This document shows, piece after piece, positions 26,917 through 36,280 of a stretch of 64,000 nt of DNA. The stretch lies in the NCBI GenBank assembly GCA_036229005.1, contig JAZAMN010000059.1:32001-96000 (forward strand), given 5' to 3'. Both the position numbers and the translations under genes were made by a program. This DNA is from Myxococcota bacterium. Lineage in GTDB: Bacteria > Myxococcota_A > UBA796 > CAJQPC01. The notes beneath the pieces are model-generated. The model was not told the origin of the DNA, searched no databases, and saw only the letters and a list, made by a program, of their open reading frames with translations. The first letter of the stretch is position 1. Each line of letters opens with the position of its first letter.

Positions 26917-27609
26917 TCAGCGGGCCAGCTCCAGGAAGCGCCCGAACACCGCCTCACCCACGCCCGCCATCTGCGCGCTGCGGGCAAGCTCGGCCTCCAC
27001 ATCCAGCCCCAGCTCCGGGTGCTTGTTCGCCCGGAACTGCAGGATGGAGCGGGCCTCCTCCACGCTCATCTCGGCGTGGAACTGAATGCCCCAGGCCCGG
27101 TGTCCACGCACCCGCACCGCCTGGGTCGCGCACAGCGCGCTGGTCGCCAGCACGTCCAGGTGCTCGCCGGGGCCATCCACCTGGTCCTCGTGGGACAGGA
27201 AGCACACAAAGCGCTCCGGCAGCCGGTCCAGCAGGGGGTCGGCCACGGTTTGGGTGATGGGCAGGAAGCCGGCCTCGGGGGGGACGGCCTTGCCCACCCC
27301 ATCGCCGAAGGCCGCGCCCAGCACCTGGTGCCCAAAGCAAACCCCCAGCGTGGGGACGCCCTCCAGCACCACCTGCCGCGTCCAGGCCACGAGCTCGTCC
27401 ATCCAGCCATCCCGGGTGCCCTCGCCCCCGTAGCCGTCCGGCATGTTCGCCCCGCTGCCCGTCAGGATCACCGCGTCGAACTCCCGGTGCTCCGGCAGCG
27501 GCTCCCGCGTCGGGCGCGTGCTGGTCCAGGGCGTGTCTCCCAGGTAGCGCGCGAAGTTGTGCGTGCCGCCGGCGGGGTCCAGGTAGTTGTCGACGATCAG
27601 CACCCGCAT
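26917..27609 (-). CDS. Type 1 glutamine amidotransferase-like protein
   Basis: ILTGS, GVCFGHQ, QFHAE; ATG overlaps the hisS stop (TGATG). Confidence 0.88.
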   Translation of the reverse strand: MRVLIVDNYLDPAGGTHNFARYLGDTPWTSTRPTREPLPEHREFDAVILTGSGANMPDGYGGEGTRDGWMDELVAWTRQVVLEGVPTLGVCFGHQVLGAAFGDGVGKAVPPEAGFLPITQTVADPLLDRLPERFVCFLSHEDQVDGPGEHLDVLATSALCATQAVRVRGHRAWGIQFHAEMSVEEARSILQFRANKHPELGLDVEAELARSAQMAGVGEAVFGRFLELAR

Positions 27610-28913
27610 CAGAGCCCCAGCACCTTCTCGGAGGCCTGCTGCAGCGACAGCGTCCACTGCTCGCCCGAGGCCATGTGCTTGAGGGTCACCACCCCCTGCT
27701 CGCGCTCGTCCGGCCCGCAGGTCAGCACGTAGGGGATGCCCATCTTGTCGGCGTACTTGAACTGCTTGCCCAGCTTGCCGCCGCGCTTCATCCACAGCTC
27801 GGTGTTCACCCCGGCCAGGCGCAGCGCGGTGGCCTGCTCCATCGCGAGCCCGCGGCTGTCATCGCTGAACACGCTCACCAGCACCTGGGTCGCCGTGGGC
27901 GGCAGCTCGCCGAACATGCCCAGCTCCTCCATCACGACCAGGATGCGCTCCAGGCCCAGGGAGATGCCCACCGCGGGGATGGAGCTCTTGCCGAAGATGC
28001 CGATCAGCCCGTCGTAGCGACCGCCGCCGGAGATCGACCCGATCGCGGGCTCCTCGACCACGGCCTCGAACACCGGCCCCGTGTAGTAGCTCAGGCCCCG
28101 CGCCAGGGTGGGGTCGAAGCGGATGTTGCCATCGGGCACGCCCAGCTTGGCCGCGAGATCCAGGACCTCCTGCAGCTCGTCCAGGGAAGGGAGGGCGGCG
28201 GGGAGCTTCTCGCGCAGCGCGGCCAACCCCTCGGACCCGCCGGTCTCCAGCAACTCCCAGACGCGCGCGACCGCATCCGAGGACAAACCGGCGCGCTCCA
28301 GCTCGGCGCTCACGGCGTCCTGGCCGATCTTGTCCAGCTTGTCGATGGCCACCAGCACGGGGGTCTCGCGGTCCGCGGCGCCGATGTCCTCGACGATGGC
28401 CCGGAGCAGCGCGCGGTGGTTGAGCTTGATGGTGAAGTTGGTGAACCCCAGCGCCCGGAGCGCCGAATCCACCACTGCCAGCGCCTCCGCGTCAGCCCAC
28501 ATCTCCTCGCAGCCGACGATGTCCACGTCGCACTGGGTGAACTCGCGGAAGCGCCCCTTCTGCGGCCGGTCGGCCCGCCACACGGGCTGGATCTGGTAGC
28601 GCTTGAAGGGCAGGGGCAGCCCGGGGTTCATGGCCACCACGCGCGCCAGGGGCACCGTCAGGTCGTAGCGCAGGGCCAGGTCGACTTCTCCGCGCTGCCC
28701 GCCCTCGCCGCGCTTGAGGATCTTGTAGATGAGCTGGTCGCCCTCGTCGCCGTACTTGCCCATCAGCGTCTCGATGCGCTCGATGGCCGGCGTCTCCAGG
28801 GGCTGGAAGCCGAAGCGGGCGAACACCTCACGCACGGTGTCGATCACAGCCAGACGCCGCAGCATCGACTCGGGGAGCAGGTCGCGCGTTCCCTTTGCGC
28901 GGTTGACAGCCAT
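27609..28913 (-). CDS. hisS: Histidine--tRNA ligase
   Basis: KGTRD, LRYDLTVP, RADRPQKGRFREFTQCD, RGLSYYTG, GGRYD, GLERI, C-terminal anticodon-binding domain. Confidence 0.97.
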   Translation of the reverse strand: MAVNRAKGTRDLLPESMLRRLAVIDTVREVFARFGFQPLETPAIERIETLMGKYGDEGDQLIYKILKRGEGGQRGEVDLALRYDLTVPLARVVAMNPGLPLPFKRYQIQPVWRADRPQKGRFREFTQCDVDIVGCEEMWADAEALAVVDSALRALGFTNFTIKLNHRALLRAIVEDIGAADRETPVLVAIDKLDKIGQDAVSAELERAGLSSDAVARVWELLETGGSEGLAALREKLPAALPSLDELQEVLDLAAKLGVPDGNIRFDPTLARGLSYYTGPVFEAVVEEPAIGSISGGGRYDGLIGIFGKSSIPAVGISLGLERILVVMEELGMFGELPPTATQVLVSVFSDDSRGLAMEQATALRLAGVNTELWMKRGGKLGKQFKYADKMGIPYVLTCGPDEREQGVVTLKHMASGEQWTLSLQQASEKVLGL

Positions 28914-29059
28914 GGGGACCTCCATCGGGGCGGTGGGGGCATCTAATCGCCAGCGCCGCCACGTCCAGACAGCGGTGGGCCCAAGACCTGGGGATCCCCC
29001 GAATTCTGCCCCACAGCCCTCCGTAAACCGGCTACAGGCCTCCTGAGGGAACGCCCCGC

Positions 29060-29980
29060 ATGGCACTGCTGGACCAACTCCTCGACCTCTCGGACACCCG
29101 CAGCCTCGCGGAGTGGCTCGACCTGCCCGAGCGCTACGCCGCGGTGGACGGGCTGGCCGCGTTCGGACGCAAGGCGCGCTGGGCCCAGGCCTCGCTGAAC
29201 AACCCCCGCCACGAGCGCCAGGCCCGCTTCGTGCTCCGCAACAAGGCCGCCCTGCGCGAGCTGGTGGAGCGCCACGCCGGCAGCACTTCGGCCCTCGCGC
29301 CGCCGCCACCCCAGGCCCTGCCCGCCCTCCAGACCGAAGAGTCCATCAAGGCCTACTGGGAGGGCCTCAAGCTGGCCGGCGACCTGGGGACCGAAGAACG
29401 CTGGCACAAGCTCACCAACCACGCGCGGGAGCTGGGCGTGGACGAGCAGCGCCTCCAGGGGCTGATGGGTGACCCCCAGGCGATCCGGGACCTGGCCGAC
29501 GCGATCTCCGAGGTCCGCGGCGATCCCCGCGTCGCCCCCCACGCCCTGGAGCACGCCCTGGCGCAGGCCCAGGACGCCCGCGACGCCCTCCAGCGCCTCC
29601 GCGCCCTGCAGAACCCGCCCAAGCCCGACCAGGCCCATCGCCGGGACCTGCTGGACGGCCTCCGCGGGCTGCTCCTGCAGGACGCCCTCACCCACTCCAC
29701 CAAGGACGCGCTGATCCGCACGGCCACCCGCCGCGGCCTGTCCCCGGTGCGCGCGCGGGGCCTGATCCAGCGCACGGTGAACGCTTGGTACAGCTTCCGC
29801 ACCGGGCAGAGCAACCCCTACCGCAGCCTGGGCGTAGCGAGCACCGCGGACCGCGAGCGGGTGCGCAGCGCCTACCGCCGCATCCGGCAGGGGCTGGTGA
29901 TCCAGGAGCTCTCCTGGGAGCGGATGGAGGACATCGCCCGGGCGGACGCAGCCTGGGCCGTGGTGAACCGCCGCGCGTGA
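29060..29980 (+). CDS. Hypothetical helical protein with a degenerate C-terminal J-domain
   Basis: NPYRSLGV...VRSAYRR...AWAVV pattern without HPD. Confidence 0.65.
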   Translation: MALLDQLLDLSDTRSLAEWLDLPERYAAVDGLAAFGRKARWAQASLNNPRHERQARFVLRNKAALRELVERHAGSTSALAPPPPQALPALQTEESIKAYWEGLKLAGDLGTEERWHKLTNHARELGVDEQRLQGLMGDPQAIRDLADAISEVRGDPRVAPHALEHALAQAQDARDALQRLRALQNPPKPDQAHRRDLLDGLRGLLLQDALTHSTKDALIRTATRRGLSPVRARGLIQRTVNAWYSFRTGQSNPYRSLGVASTADRERVRSAYRRIRQGLVIQELSWERMEDIARADAAWAVVNRRA

Positions 29981-30059
29981 CCTCGCTGGCGCAGGGTTTA
30001 CAGACCCCTGGCGTAGATCCAACGGAACAGGCGGTATACCCGGGCTGGAGGACGCACCA

Positions 30060-31367
30060 ATGACCCGCTCCCTTCTCCCCTTCGCGCTGCTGCTGAGCCT
30101 GGCTGCCTGCACCAAGGACGACCCCGCGACCGACAGCGCGCTGCAAGACGAGCTCTGTGACGACGGCGTGGACAACGACGGTGACGGGGACATCGACTGC
30201 GATGACGCCGACTGCACCGAGGCCTGCATCCCCGAGACCGAGACCGAGTGTGGGGATGGAGAGGACGATGACCAGGACGGAGCGGTGGACTGCGCCGACT
30301 CGGACTGCGTGGGGGACGACGCCTGCGTAGAGGACTGCGGTGACGGCGAGGACAACGATCTGGACGGGCTGACCGACTGCGCGGACGCGGACTGCGAGGG
30401 CGTGGAGCCCTGCATCGAGGACTGCGCGGACGGCGTGGACAACGACCTGGACGGGCTGACCGACTGCGCCGATACCGCGGACTGTGAGGCCCTCTGCGAC
30501 GAGGCGGCCTACTGCGAGGACGGCGTCGACAACGACCAGGACGGCCTGACCGACTGCGCGGACGTGGACTGCACCGACCAGTGCGCGGAGACCTGCGACG
30601 ACGGCGTGGACAACGACGGCGACGGCTTCGTGGACTGTCTGGACAACGAATGCTCCGCGCTGGCGGTGTGCGACGAGGTCTGCGACGACGGCAAGGACAA
30701 CGACCAGGACGGCCGCACGGACTGCGAGGACGCCGACTGCGTCGACCAGTGCGCCGAAGACTGCGCCGACGGCATCGACAACGACTACGACAGCTACACC
30801 GACTGTGCAGACGACGAGTGCTGGGGGCAGGACGCCTGCGCCCAGGTCACCCTGGCGGTCACCGGCGGCAGCATGAACGCGGAGACCGGTTGGTTCTCCA
30901 GCTTCTTCTGGACTGCCAGCTCCTACGGGTTCGCCTACGGGAGCTTTGAGCGGCTCAGCGCATCCGGGATCACGGGGGTCGCGAACATCGACTGGGGCAG
31001 CACCAGCGCGGACTGCGGCTGGAGCGTGGATCAGGCCGTGTTCTCCGGCACCGCCAGCTACTACACCGGCGGCGGGGGAGGGATGGCCCTGGTGTCACGC
31101 ACCGGCTTCACGGCGGACTGTGGCCTGGGCTCCGGCGCCTTGCCCACCCTGCTGGAGTTCGGGCGGAACGGCAACGCCTATGTGCTCAGCAGCTCCAGGG
31201 CGACCACCGGGCCGCTGTGGTACGGCGGCGGCAGCGTCACCGCGACCCGTGGCGGGACCTCCTACAGCCACTACAGCTATGGCTCCTCGATGTACAAGTG
31301 GAGCAGCTACACGCGCTACGCGCACACCGGCCTGGAAGGCAGCGAGTGGACGACCGAGGGGCTGTAG
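30060..31367 (+). CDS. Lipoprotein with 8 Cys/Asp-rich repeats and an aromatic/Gly/Ser-rich C-terminal domain
   Basis: LAAC lipobox; CxDGxDNDxDGxxDCxDxDC eight times. Confidence 0.85.
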   Translation: MTRSLLPFALLLSLAACTKDDPATDSALQDELCDDGVDNDGDGDIDCDDADCTEACIPETETECGDGEDDDQDGAVDCADSDCVGDDACVEDCGDGEDNDLDGLTDCADADCEGVEPCIEDCADGVDNDLDGLTDCADTADCEALCDEAAYCEDGVDNDQDGLTDCADVDCTDQCAETCDDGVDNDGDGFVDCLDNECSALAVCDEVCDDGKDNDQDGRTDCEDADCVDQCAEDCADGIDNDYDSYTDCADDECWGQDACAQVTLAVTGGSMNAETGWFSSFFWTASSYGFAYGSFERLSASGITGVANIDWGSTSADCGWSVDQAVFSGTASYYTGGGGGMALVSRTGFTADCGLGSGALPTLLEFGRNGNAYVLSSSRATTGPLWYGGGSVTATRGGTSYSHYSYGSSMYKWSSYTRYAHTGLEGSEWTTEGL

Positions 31368-31464
31368 TCCAGCCCGGCCCCTGGTGAAGACCAACGACAC
31401 CGCCCGCGCAGAGCGCGGCCGCCGGATGTCTATGCTCCGCCCGGCGGAGCGCTTCGAGCACATG

Positions 31465-31729
31465 GCGCGCAAGTGGCTCTGAACGCAACAAGCCAGCGCG
31501 CAAGTGGCTCTGAACGCAACAAGCCAGCGCGCAAGTGCCTCTGAGCGCAACAAGCAGGCCCCGCTTGGCGAGGGACTCCCCGCCAAATGGCTGAAATCAC
31601 GTAGCGTCCCCCAGCGGCGTCCCGCCGGTCCGGTCGATTTGTTGCATTCAGCCGGACTTGCGCAGGTGGCTGTTGCGTTCAGCCGGACTTGCGCAGGTGG
31701 CTGTTGCGTTCACCCCCACTTGCGCAGGT
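31465..31729. repeat. Inverted arrays of 31-bp tandem repeats (3 forward, 3 reverse)
   Basis: GCGCGCAAGTGGCTCTGAACGCAACAAGCCA three times from 31465, then GTTGCGTTCAGCCGGACTTGCGCAGGTGGCT three times from 31641 (related reverse complement); some copies degenerate. Confidence 0.85.
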
Positions 31730-31748
31730 CAACCAACGCATCCAGCCC

Positions 31749-33200
31749 TCAGAGCCGCCCCTGCAAGGCCATCAGCTCCACCAGCGCCTTGCGGTAGTCC
31801 ACCGCGGCGCGGACCCGCTCGACCTCGGCGGCGTCTCGGGCGCGCTGGGCCTCGAGCACGTCCTTCTGGATGGCCTTGCCGACCTCCTGCAGGGCCTTCT
31901 CGGCGTCCAGGGTCTGCTCAGCCAGGCGCAGGTTGAGCTCGGCCAGCTCGACGGTGGTGCGAGCGCTCTCCAGGGTGCGCACCAGAGACGCGACCTGCTG
32001 GGCGATGGCCTGCTCGCTGGCCTCCAGGCCCAGCTCGGCGCGGGTGAGGCTGGCCTGCTTGGCGTCCAGATCGGCCTTCGCGGAGCGGTTGCCCACCGGC
32101 GCGGAGAAGTTGCCGCCAACGTAGACGGTGGGGAAGTCGAGGGTGGATAGCGCCTCCACCGCCTTGCCATACCCATCCTGCGGGTCGAAGCCCGACAACC
32201 CCGCGCGGGCCGTGACCGACAGCGAGGGCAACAGCGCGTGCTTGGCGGTCGCCACGTCGGCCTCGGCGTTGGCCACCGCGACCCGCTGGGCCTGCAGGCC
32301 GGGGTTGCCCTCAAGGGCCTCCTGCACGGCGTCCTGGGTGTTGAGCTCCACGCCCGCGGGGACCGCGCCGGGCATGTCCTGGGGCTCGATGAGCTGGCCC
32401 ACCGGCAGCCCCAGGAGCACGGCCAGGGCGTCCGAGGCGGCCTGGTGGGTGGCCTCGGCCTGGATGGCGTTCAGGCGGGCCTGGGCCAGGGCGGCCTGCA
32501 CGCGGGTCAGGTCCACGGGGGCGATGGTGCCGGCCTCGAGCTGGGCGGCGACGATGCGCTCCTCCTCCATCGCGACCACCACGGCCTTGTCGGCGGTCAG
32601 GCGCGCCTGGCTGGCGTAGACCAGCTCCCAATAGGCCAGCGCCACGGCCTTGAGGGTCTCCTGGCGCTGCTGCTGGAGCTGGGCGGCGGCCTGGTCCCGG
32701 GAGGCCTGCGCGGAGCGGGTGGCCTGCAGGTTGTAGGCCATGCTGTGCCCCTCCAGGAGCTGCTGGGTGAGGCTGGCCGTCAGGCGGGTGGAGCCGGTGA
32801 GCGTCTGCAGCTCCACGGGGTCCATGTCCTCGACCGTGTAGGAGGTCAGCGTGGTGTTCGAGTAGTTGCTCCAGTCCAGGCCCCAACTGGTGCCCGTGGC
32901 CAGGGTCTGGCTCACCCCGGCGCTCCAGGTCCAGCTCGTGTCCGAGGTGTCGTAAGGCACCAGGAAGACCTCGTTCCCCACCGGCAGGCTGGTGAAGCCC
33001 TGAGAGAGCTCCCAGTTCCGCCCCGCGGACATGGTGAGCTGCGGATCGTAGACCCCCCGGGTCCCCAGGACCGCCGCCTCCGCAGCCTCCAGATCGGCCA
33101 GCGACTGCCCCAGCGTGGGGTTGTTCTCCAGGGCCGTGGTCAGCGCCTCTTCGTAGCCCAGAGGACCGGCGGCGGAGAGGGAGACGAGCAGCAAGAGCAT
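31749..33200 (-). CDS. TolC-family outer membrane efflux protein
   Basis: Two ALxxNPxL repeats, AYWELV, coiled-coil pattern; last gene of the efflux operon. Confidence 0.9.
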   Translation of the reverse strand: MLLLLVSLSAAGPLGYEEALTTALENNPTLGQSLADLEAAEAAVLGTRGVYDPQLTMSAGRNWELSQGFTSLPVGNEVFLVPYDTSDTSWTWSAGVSQTLATGTSWGLDWSNYSNTTLTSYTVEDMDPVELQTLTGSTRLTASLTQQLLEGHSMAYNLQATRSAQASRDQAAAQLQQQRQETLKAVALAYWELVYASQARLTADKAVVVAMEEERIVAAQLEAGTIAPVDLTRVQAALAQARLNAIQAEATHQAASDALAVLLGLPVGQLIEPQDMPGAVPAGVELNTQDAVQEALEGNPGLQAQRVAVANAEADVATAKHALLPSLSVTARAGLSGFDPQDGYGKAVEALSTLDFPTVYVGGNFSAPVGNRSAKADLDAKQASLTRAELGLEASEQAIAQQVASLVRTLESARTTVELAELNLRLAEQTLDAEKALQEVGKAIQKDVLEAQRARDAAEVERVRAAVDYRKALVELMALQGRL

Positions 33201-33205
33201 GGTGT

Positions 33206-36200
33206 TCAGCTCCGGGGGGAGGCGTAGGCCAGCACGCGGGACGCCAGGGCGCGGGCGTCGTCGAGGGCCACGTAGAGGGTGGGAACGAAGAAGAGGGTGA
33301 GCACTGTAGCCGCCGCCATGCCGCCCGCAACCACCCGGGCCAGCGGCGCGTAGGGGATGCCGACGAAGCTCTCGGTGCCCAGAGCCATCGGCAGCAGGCC
33401 GAAGATGGTGGTCAGGGCGGTCATCAGGATGGGCCGCATGCGGCGGCGGCCGGCCTCCACCAGGGCCTCCAGGCGGTCCAGCCCCTGCTCGCGGAGCTGG
33501 GTGATGAGGTCCACGAGCACGATGCCGTTGTTGACCACCACGCCGATCAACACGACCAGCCCGACGCCGCCCATCACGTCCAGAGGGGTGCTGGTCAGGT
33601 AGAGCGTCCAGTAGACGCCGATCAGCGCCATCGGGATGGTGGTCACGATGGACAGCGGCAGGATGAAGCTCTCGAAGAGCACGCCCATGAGCAGGAAGAC
33701 GAAGGTCACCGAGAGCAGCAGCGCCAGGTTGCGGGCCTGGTCGTTCTCCATCTGGTCCTGGAAGCGCCGCCCCTGGCTCCAGCCGTAGCCCCGCGGGAAC
33801 TCCATGCTGGCCAGCGCCGCGTCGATCTCGGCGTAGGCCTCCATCACCTCGACCCCGTCGGCCAGCTCCAGGTCCACCGGCAGCGAGGTCACCCGGTCCT
33901 GCCGGTTGATGCTGCCAAAGCCCTTCTCCACGCTGGCATCCGTCAGGGCGCGCAGGGGGATGGGTTGGCCGGTGTTCCCGTAGATCGGGAAGTCCAGCAG
34001 CGTGTCCAGGTCGCGGCGGTCGTCCGCCTCGAAGCGCGTGAGCACGGTGACCTGCCGATCGCCGTCGTGGTAGTCGGGGAGCTGGTTCGCGCCCATGGCG
34101 AAGCTCAGCGTGCGCCCGATGCTGGTCGCCGAGATGCCGTTGCGGGCGGCCGCCGCCCGGTCCACCTGGAGCTGGATCTCATCGCTGCCCCGCTCCTCCA
34201 GGCCCGACTCCGCGGACAGGGTGATGTCCAGCGGCCGCAGGCGACGGATGATCTCGTCGCTGAGCTGGGAGAGCAGCACCGGGTCCTCGCCCTCCACGTA
34301 CAGGGTCAGGCGCTTGCTCTCGTTGCTGGCCCCCACCGAAGACGATCCAGACCACATGCGCACTCCGGGCATCTCGGGCATGGCGGCCAGGGCCTCGGCG
34401 CGGATCTCGGCTCGGCGCTCTTCGTCCAGGTCCTCGTCCAGGTAGATGCGGATCTCGCCCCAGCTCCCCGAGCTGTTCAGGCGAGAGCGGTAGACCCGGA
34501 CGCCCCAGTCCTCCCGGTGGGCCTCGACCACCTGCTCCATGTCCTCCAGGGCGTCCAGGCGCTCGTAGTAGGTGAAGGAGCCGGGCAGCTCGAAGCCGAT
34601 CTCGAAGTCCCCCAGGTTGCCGTTGGCCTGGTCGCTGCAGCCCACCGCCTTGAAGGGCACGGCCACCGTCAGCGCGAGCACAGCCAGCACCCCCAGCGCG
34701 GTGTCGAAGCGGTGCGTGAGCAGGGCCCGCAGCGCCCGCGTGTAGCGCGCGGCCAGCCACTGGATCCACGCGGGGTCCTCCTTGACCTGGGCCCCCTGCA
34801 GGAACACCGTGGACAGGGGCGTGAACACCAGCGCGACCAGCAGGCTGGCGGCCAACGCGAACACGACCGGGAAGCCCAGCGCCCCCATGAAGAAGGAGAA
34901 CATGGCGTCCTCGCTCATCAGGATCAGGGGCAGGAACACGACCATGGTGGTGGCCGTGCTCAGGGTGATGGCCAGGTTGACCTCGCTTGTGCCGTCGATC
35001 GCAGCGGTGTCCGGGTCCTGACCGGCCTGGCGGTGTCGGTAGATGGTCTCGACCACCACGATCGCGTTGTCGACCACCATCCCCACGGCGATCATCAGGC
35101 CCATCAGCGAGAGCAGGTTGAGGCTGCCGCCGGTGAAGTAGAGCACCGTGACCGTGATGAGCAGCGACAGGGGGATGCTCGCGGCGATCAGCAGGGTCAT
35201 GCGGATCTCGCGCAGGAACACGAACAGGATGACCACCGCGAAGAGCCCGCCCTGGAGCGCGGTGGTGAGCAGGTTGTCGATCGAGTCCTCGATCAGCTCG
35301 CCCTGGGAGAAGAACACGAAGGGCTCCAGGCCCTCGATCTCCGCGCCCTCCAGGGTCTGGACGATGGCCTGAGCGGTGGCGACGGTGTTGGCGGAGCTCT
35401 CCTTGGTGATCGCCAGCGCCGCGGCCTCCTGCCCGTCGATGTGCCAGATGCTGGCCGAGGGCTCCACGCGGTAGTGGACCTGGGCGACGTCCTCCAGGAC
35501 CACGCCGTCCGCGACGGGGGTCTGCCGCAGGGTGTCCAGGTCCTCGTAGCGGGCCAGGGAGCGCAGGTACTGGACCTGACCGCGGTCCTCGATGCGGCCG
35601 CTGGCCATCTGGAAGTTGTCCTGCCCCAGGGTGCTCATGACCTGGGTGAGGTTGACCCCGTGCGCGAACAGCGCCTCGCGGTCGAAGTCGACGTAGACCT
35701 CCTTCTCGTCGATGCCGTAGACGTCCACCTTGGCGACGCCCGGCAGCCGCTCGATGCGGGGGACCAGGTCCTCGAGCACGGCGGGCGCGGGGTCCTCCAG
35801 GGCGGGGTCCAGGGCCAGACCCGCCCACACCACCGGCTCGTCGCTGGGGTCGAAGCGCCAGATGAAGAACTGGTCCACCCCGTCCGGCATCTCCACCATC
35901 GCCCGCTCCATGCGGTCCGCGATGGTGTTGTAGGCCTCGTCAGAGTCCGCCGAGGTGTAGAGCTCCACGGAGAAGCTGGCCGACCCCGAGCGCGCGTTGG
36001 AGCCCAGCCGCTTGATGCCCGGCACCGTGGCGAGCTGCTCGGTCACCGGCGTGACCACCTTCTGGTCGGTCTCCAGCGGCGTGCTGCCCGGGTAGGGCAC
36101 CTGCACCCACATGTAGGGGACCTCGAAGCCGGACGGCATCATCTGCACCGGGATGTCCAGCCAGGCCAGCGCCCCCATGACCAGGAGAGCGAGCAGCGCC

Positions 36201-36280
36201 ATGAGGATGGTCACAGGTCGGCGCACCGCCAGGGCTGGCAGGGCCCTCCTCAGCCCCCCAGTCGGCTCCTGGGTGCTCAC
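33206..36280 (-). CDS. RND (AcrB/D/F-family) permease
   Basis: VDNAIVVVE, VVNNGIVLVD, RMRPILMT; 1024 aa. Confidence 0.93.
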   Translation of the reverse strand: MSTQEPTGGLRRALPALAVRRPVTILMALLALLVMGALAWLDIPVQMMPSGFEVPYMWVQVPYPGSTPLETDQKVVTPVTEQLATVPGIKRLGSNARSGSASFSVELYTSADSDEAYNTIADRMERAMVEMPDGVDQFFIWRFDPSDEPVVWAGLALDPALEDPAPAVLEDLVPRIERLPGVAKVDVYGIDEKEVYVDFDREALFAHGVNLTQVMSTLGQDNFQMASGRIEDRGQVQYLRSLARYEDLDTLRQTPVADGVVLEDVAQVHYRVEPSASIWHIDGQEAAALAITKESSANTVATAQAIVQTLEGAEIEGLEPFVFFSQGELIEDSIDNLLTTALQGGLFAVVILFVFLREIRMTLLIAASIPLSLLITVTVLYFTGGSLNLLSLMGLMIAVGMVVDNAIVVVETIYRHRQAGQDPDTAAIDGTSEVNLAITLSTATTMVVFLPLILMSEDAMFSFFMGALGFPVVFALAASLLVALVFTPLSTVFLQGAQVKEDPAWIQWLAARYTRALRALLTHRFDTALGVLAVLALTVAVPFKAVGCSDQANGNLGDFEIGFELPGSFTYYERLDALEDMEQVVEAHREDWGVRVYRSRLNSSGSWGEIRIYLDEDLDEERRAEIRAEALAAMPEMPGVRMWSGSSSVGASNESKRLTLYVEGEDPVLLSQLSDEIIRRLRPLDITLSAESGLEERGSDEIQLQVDRAAAARNGISATSIGRTLSFAMGANQLPDYHDGDRQVTVLTRFEADDRRDLDTLLDFPIYGNTGQPIPLRALTDASVEKGFGSINRQDRVTSLPVDLELADGVEVMEAYAEIDAALASMEFPRGYGWSQGRRFQDQMENDQARNLALLLSVTFVFLLMGVLFESFILPLSIVTTIPMALIGVYWTLYLTSTPLDVMGGVGLVVLIGVVVNNGIVLVDLITQLREQGLDRLEALVEAGRRRMRPILMTALTTIFGLLPMALGTESFVGIPYAPLARVVAGGMAAATVLTLFFVPTLYVALDDARALASRVLAYASPRS

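Noticed and set aside
31465..31729. CRISPR array or IS ends
   Set aside because: Units are contiguous without unique spacers; no cas or transposase gene and no clear target duplication.
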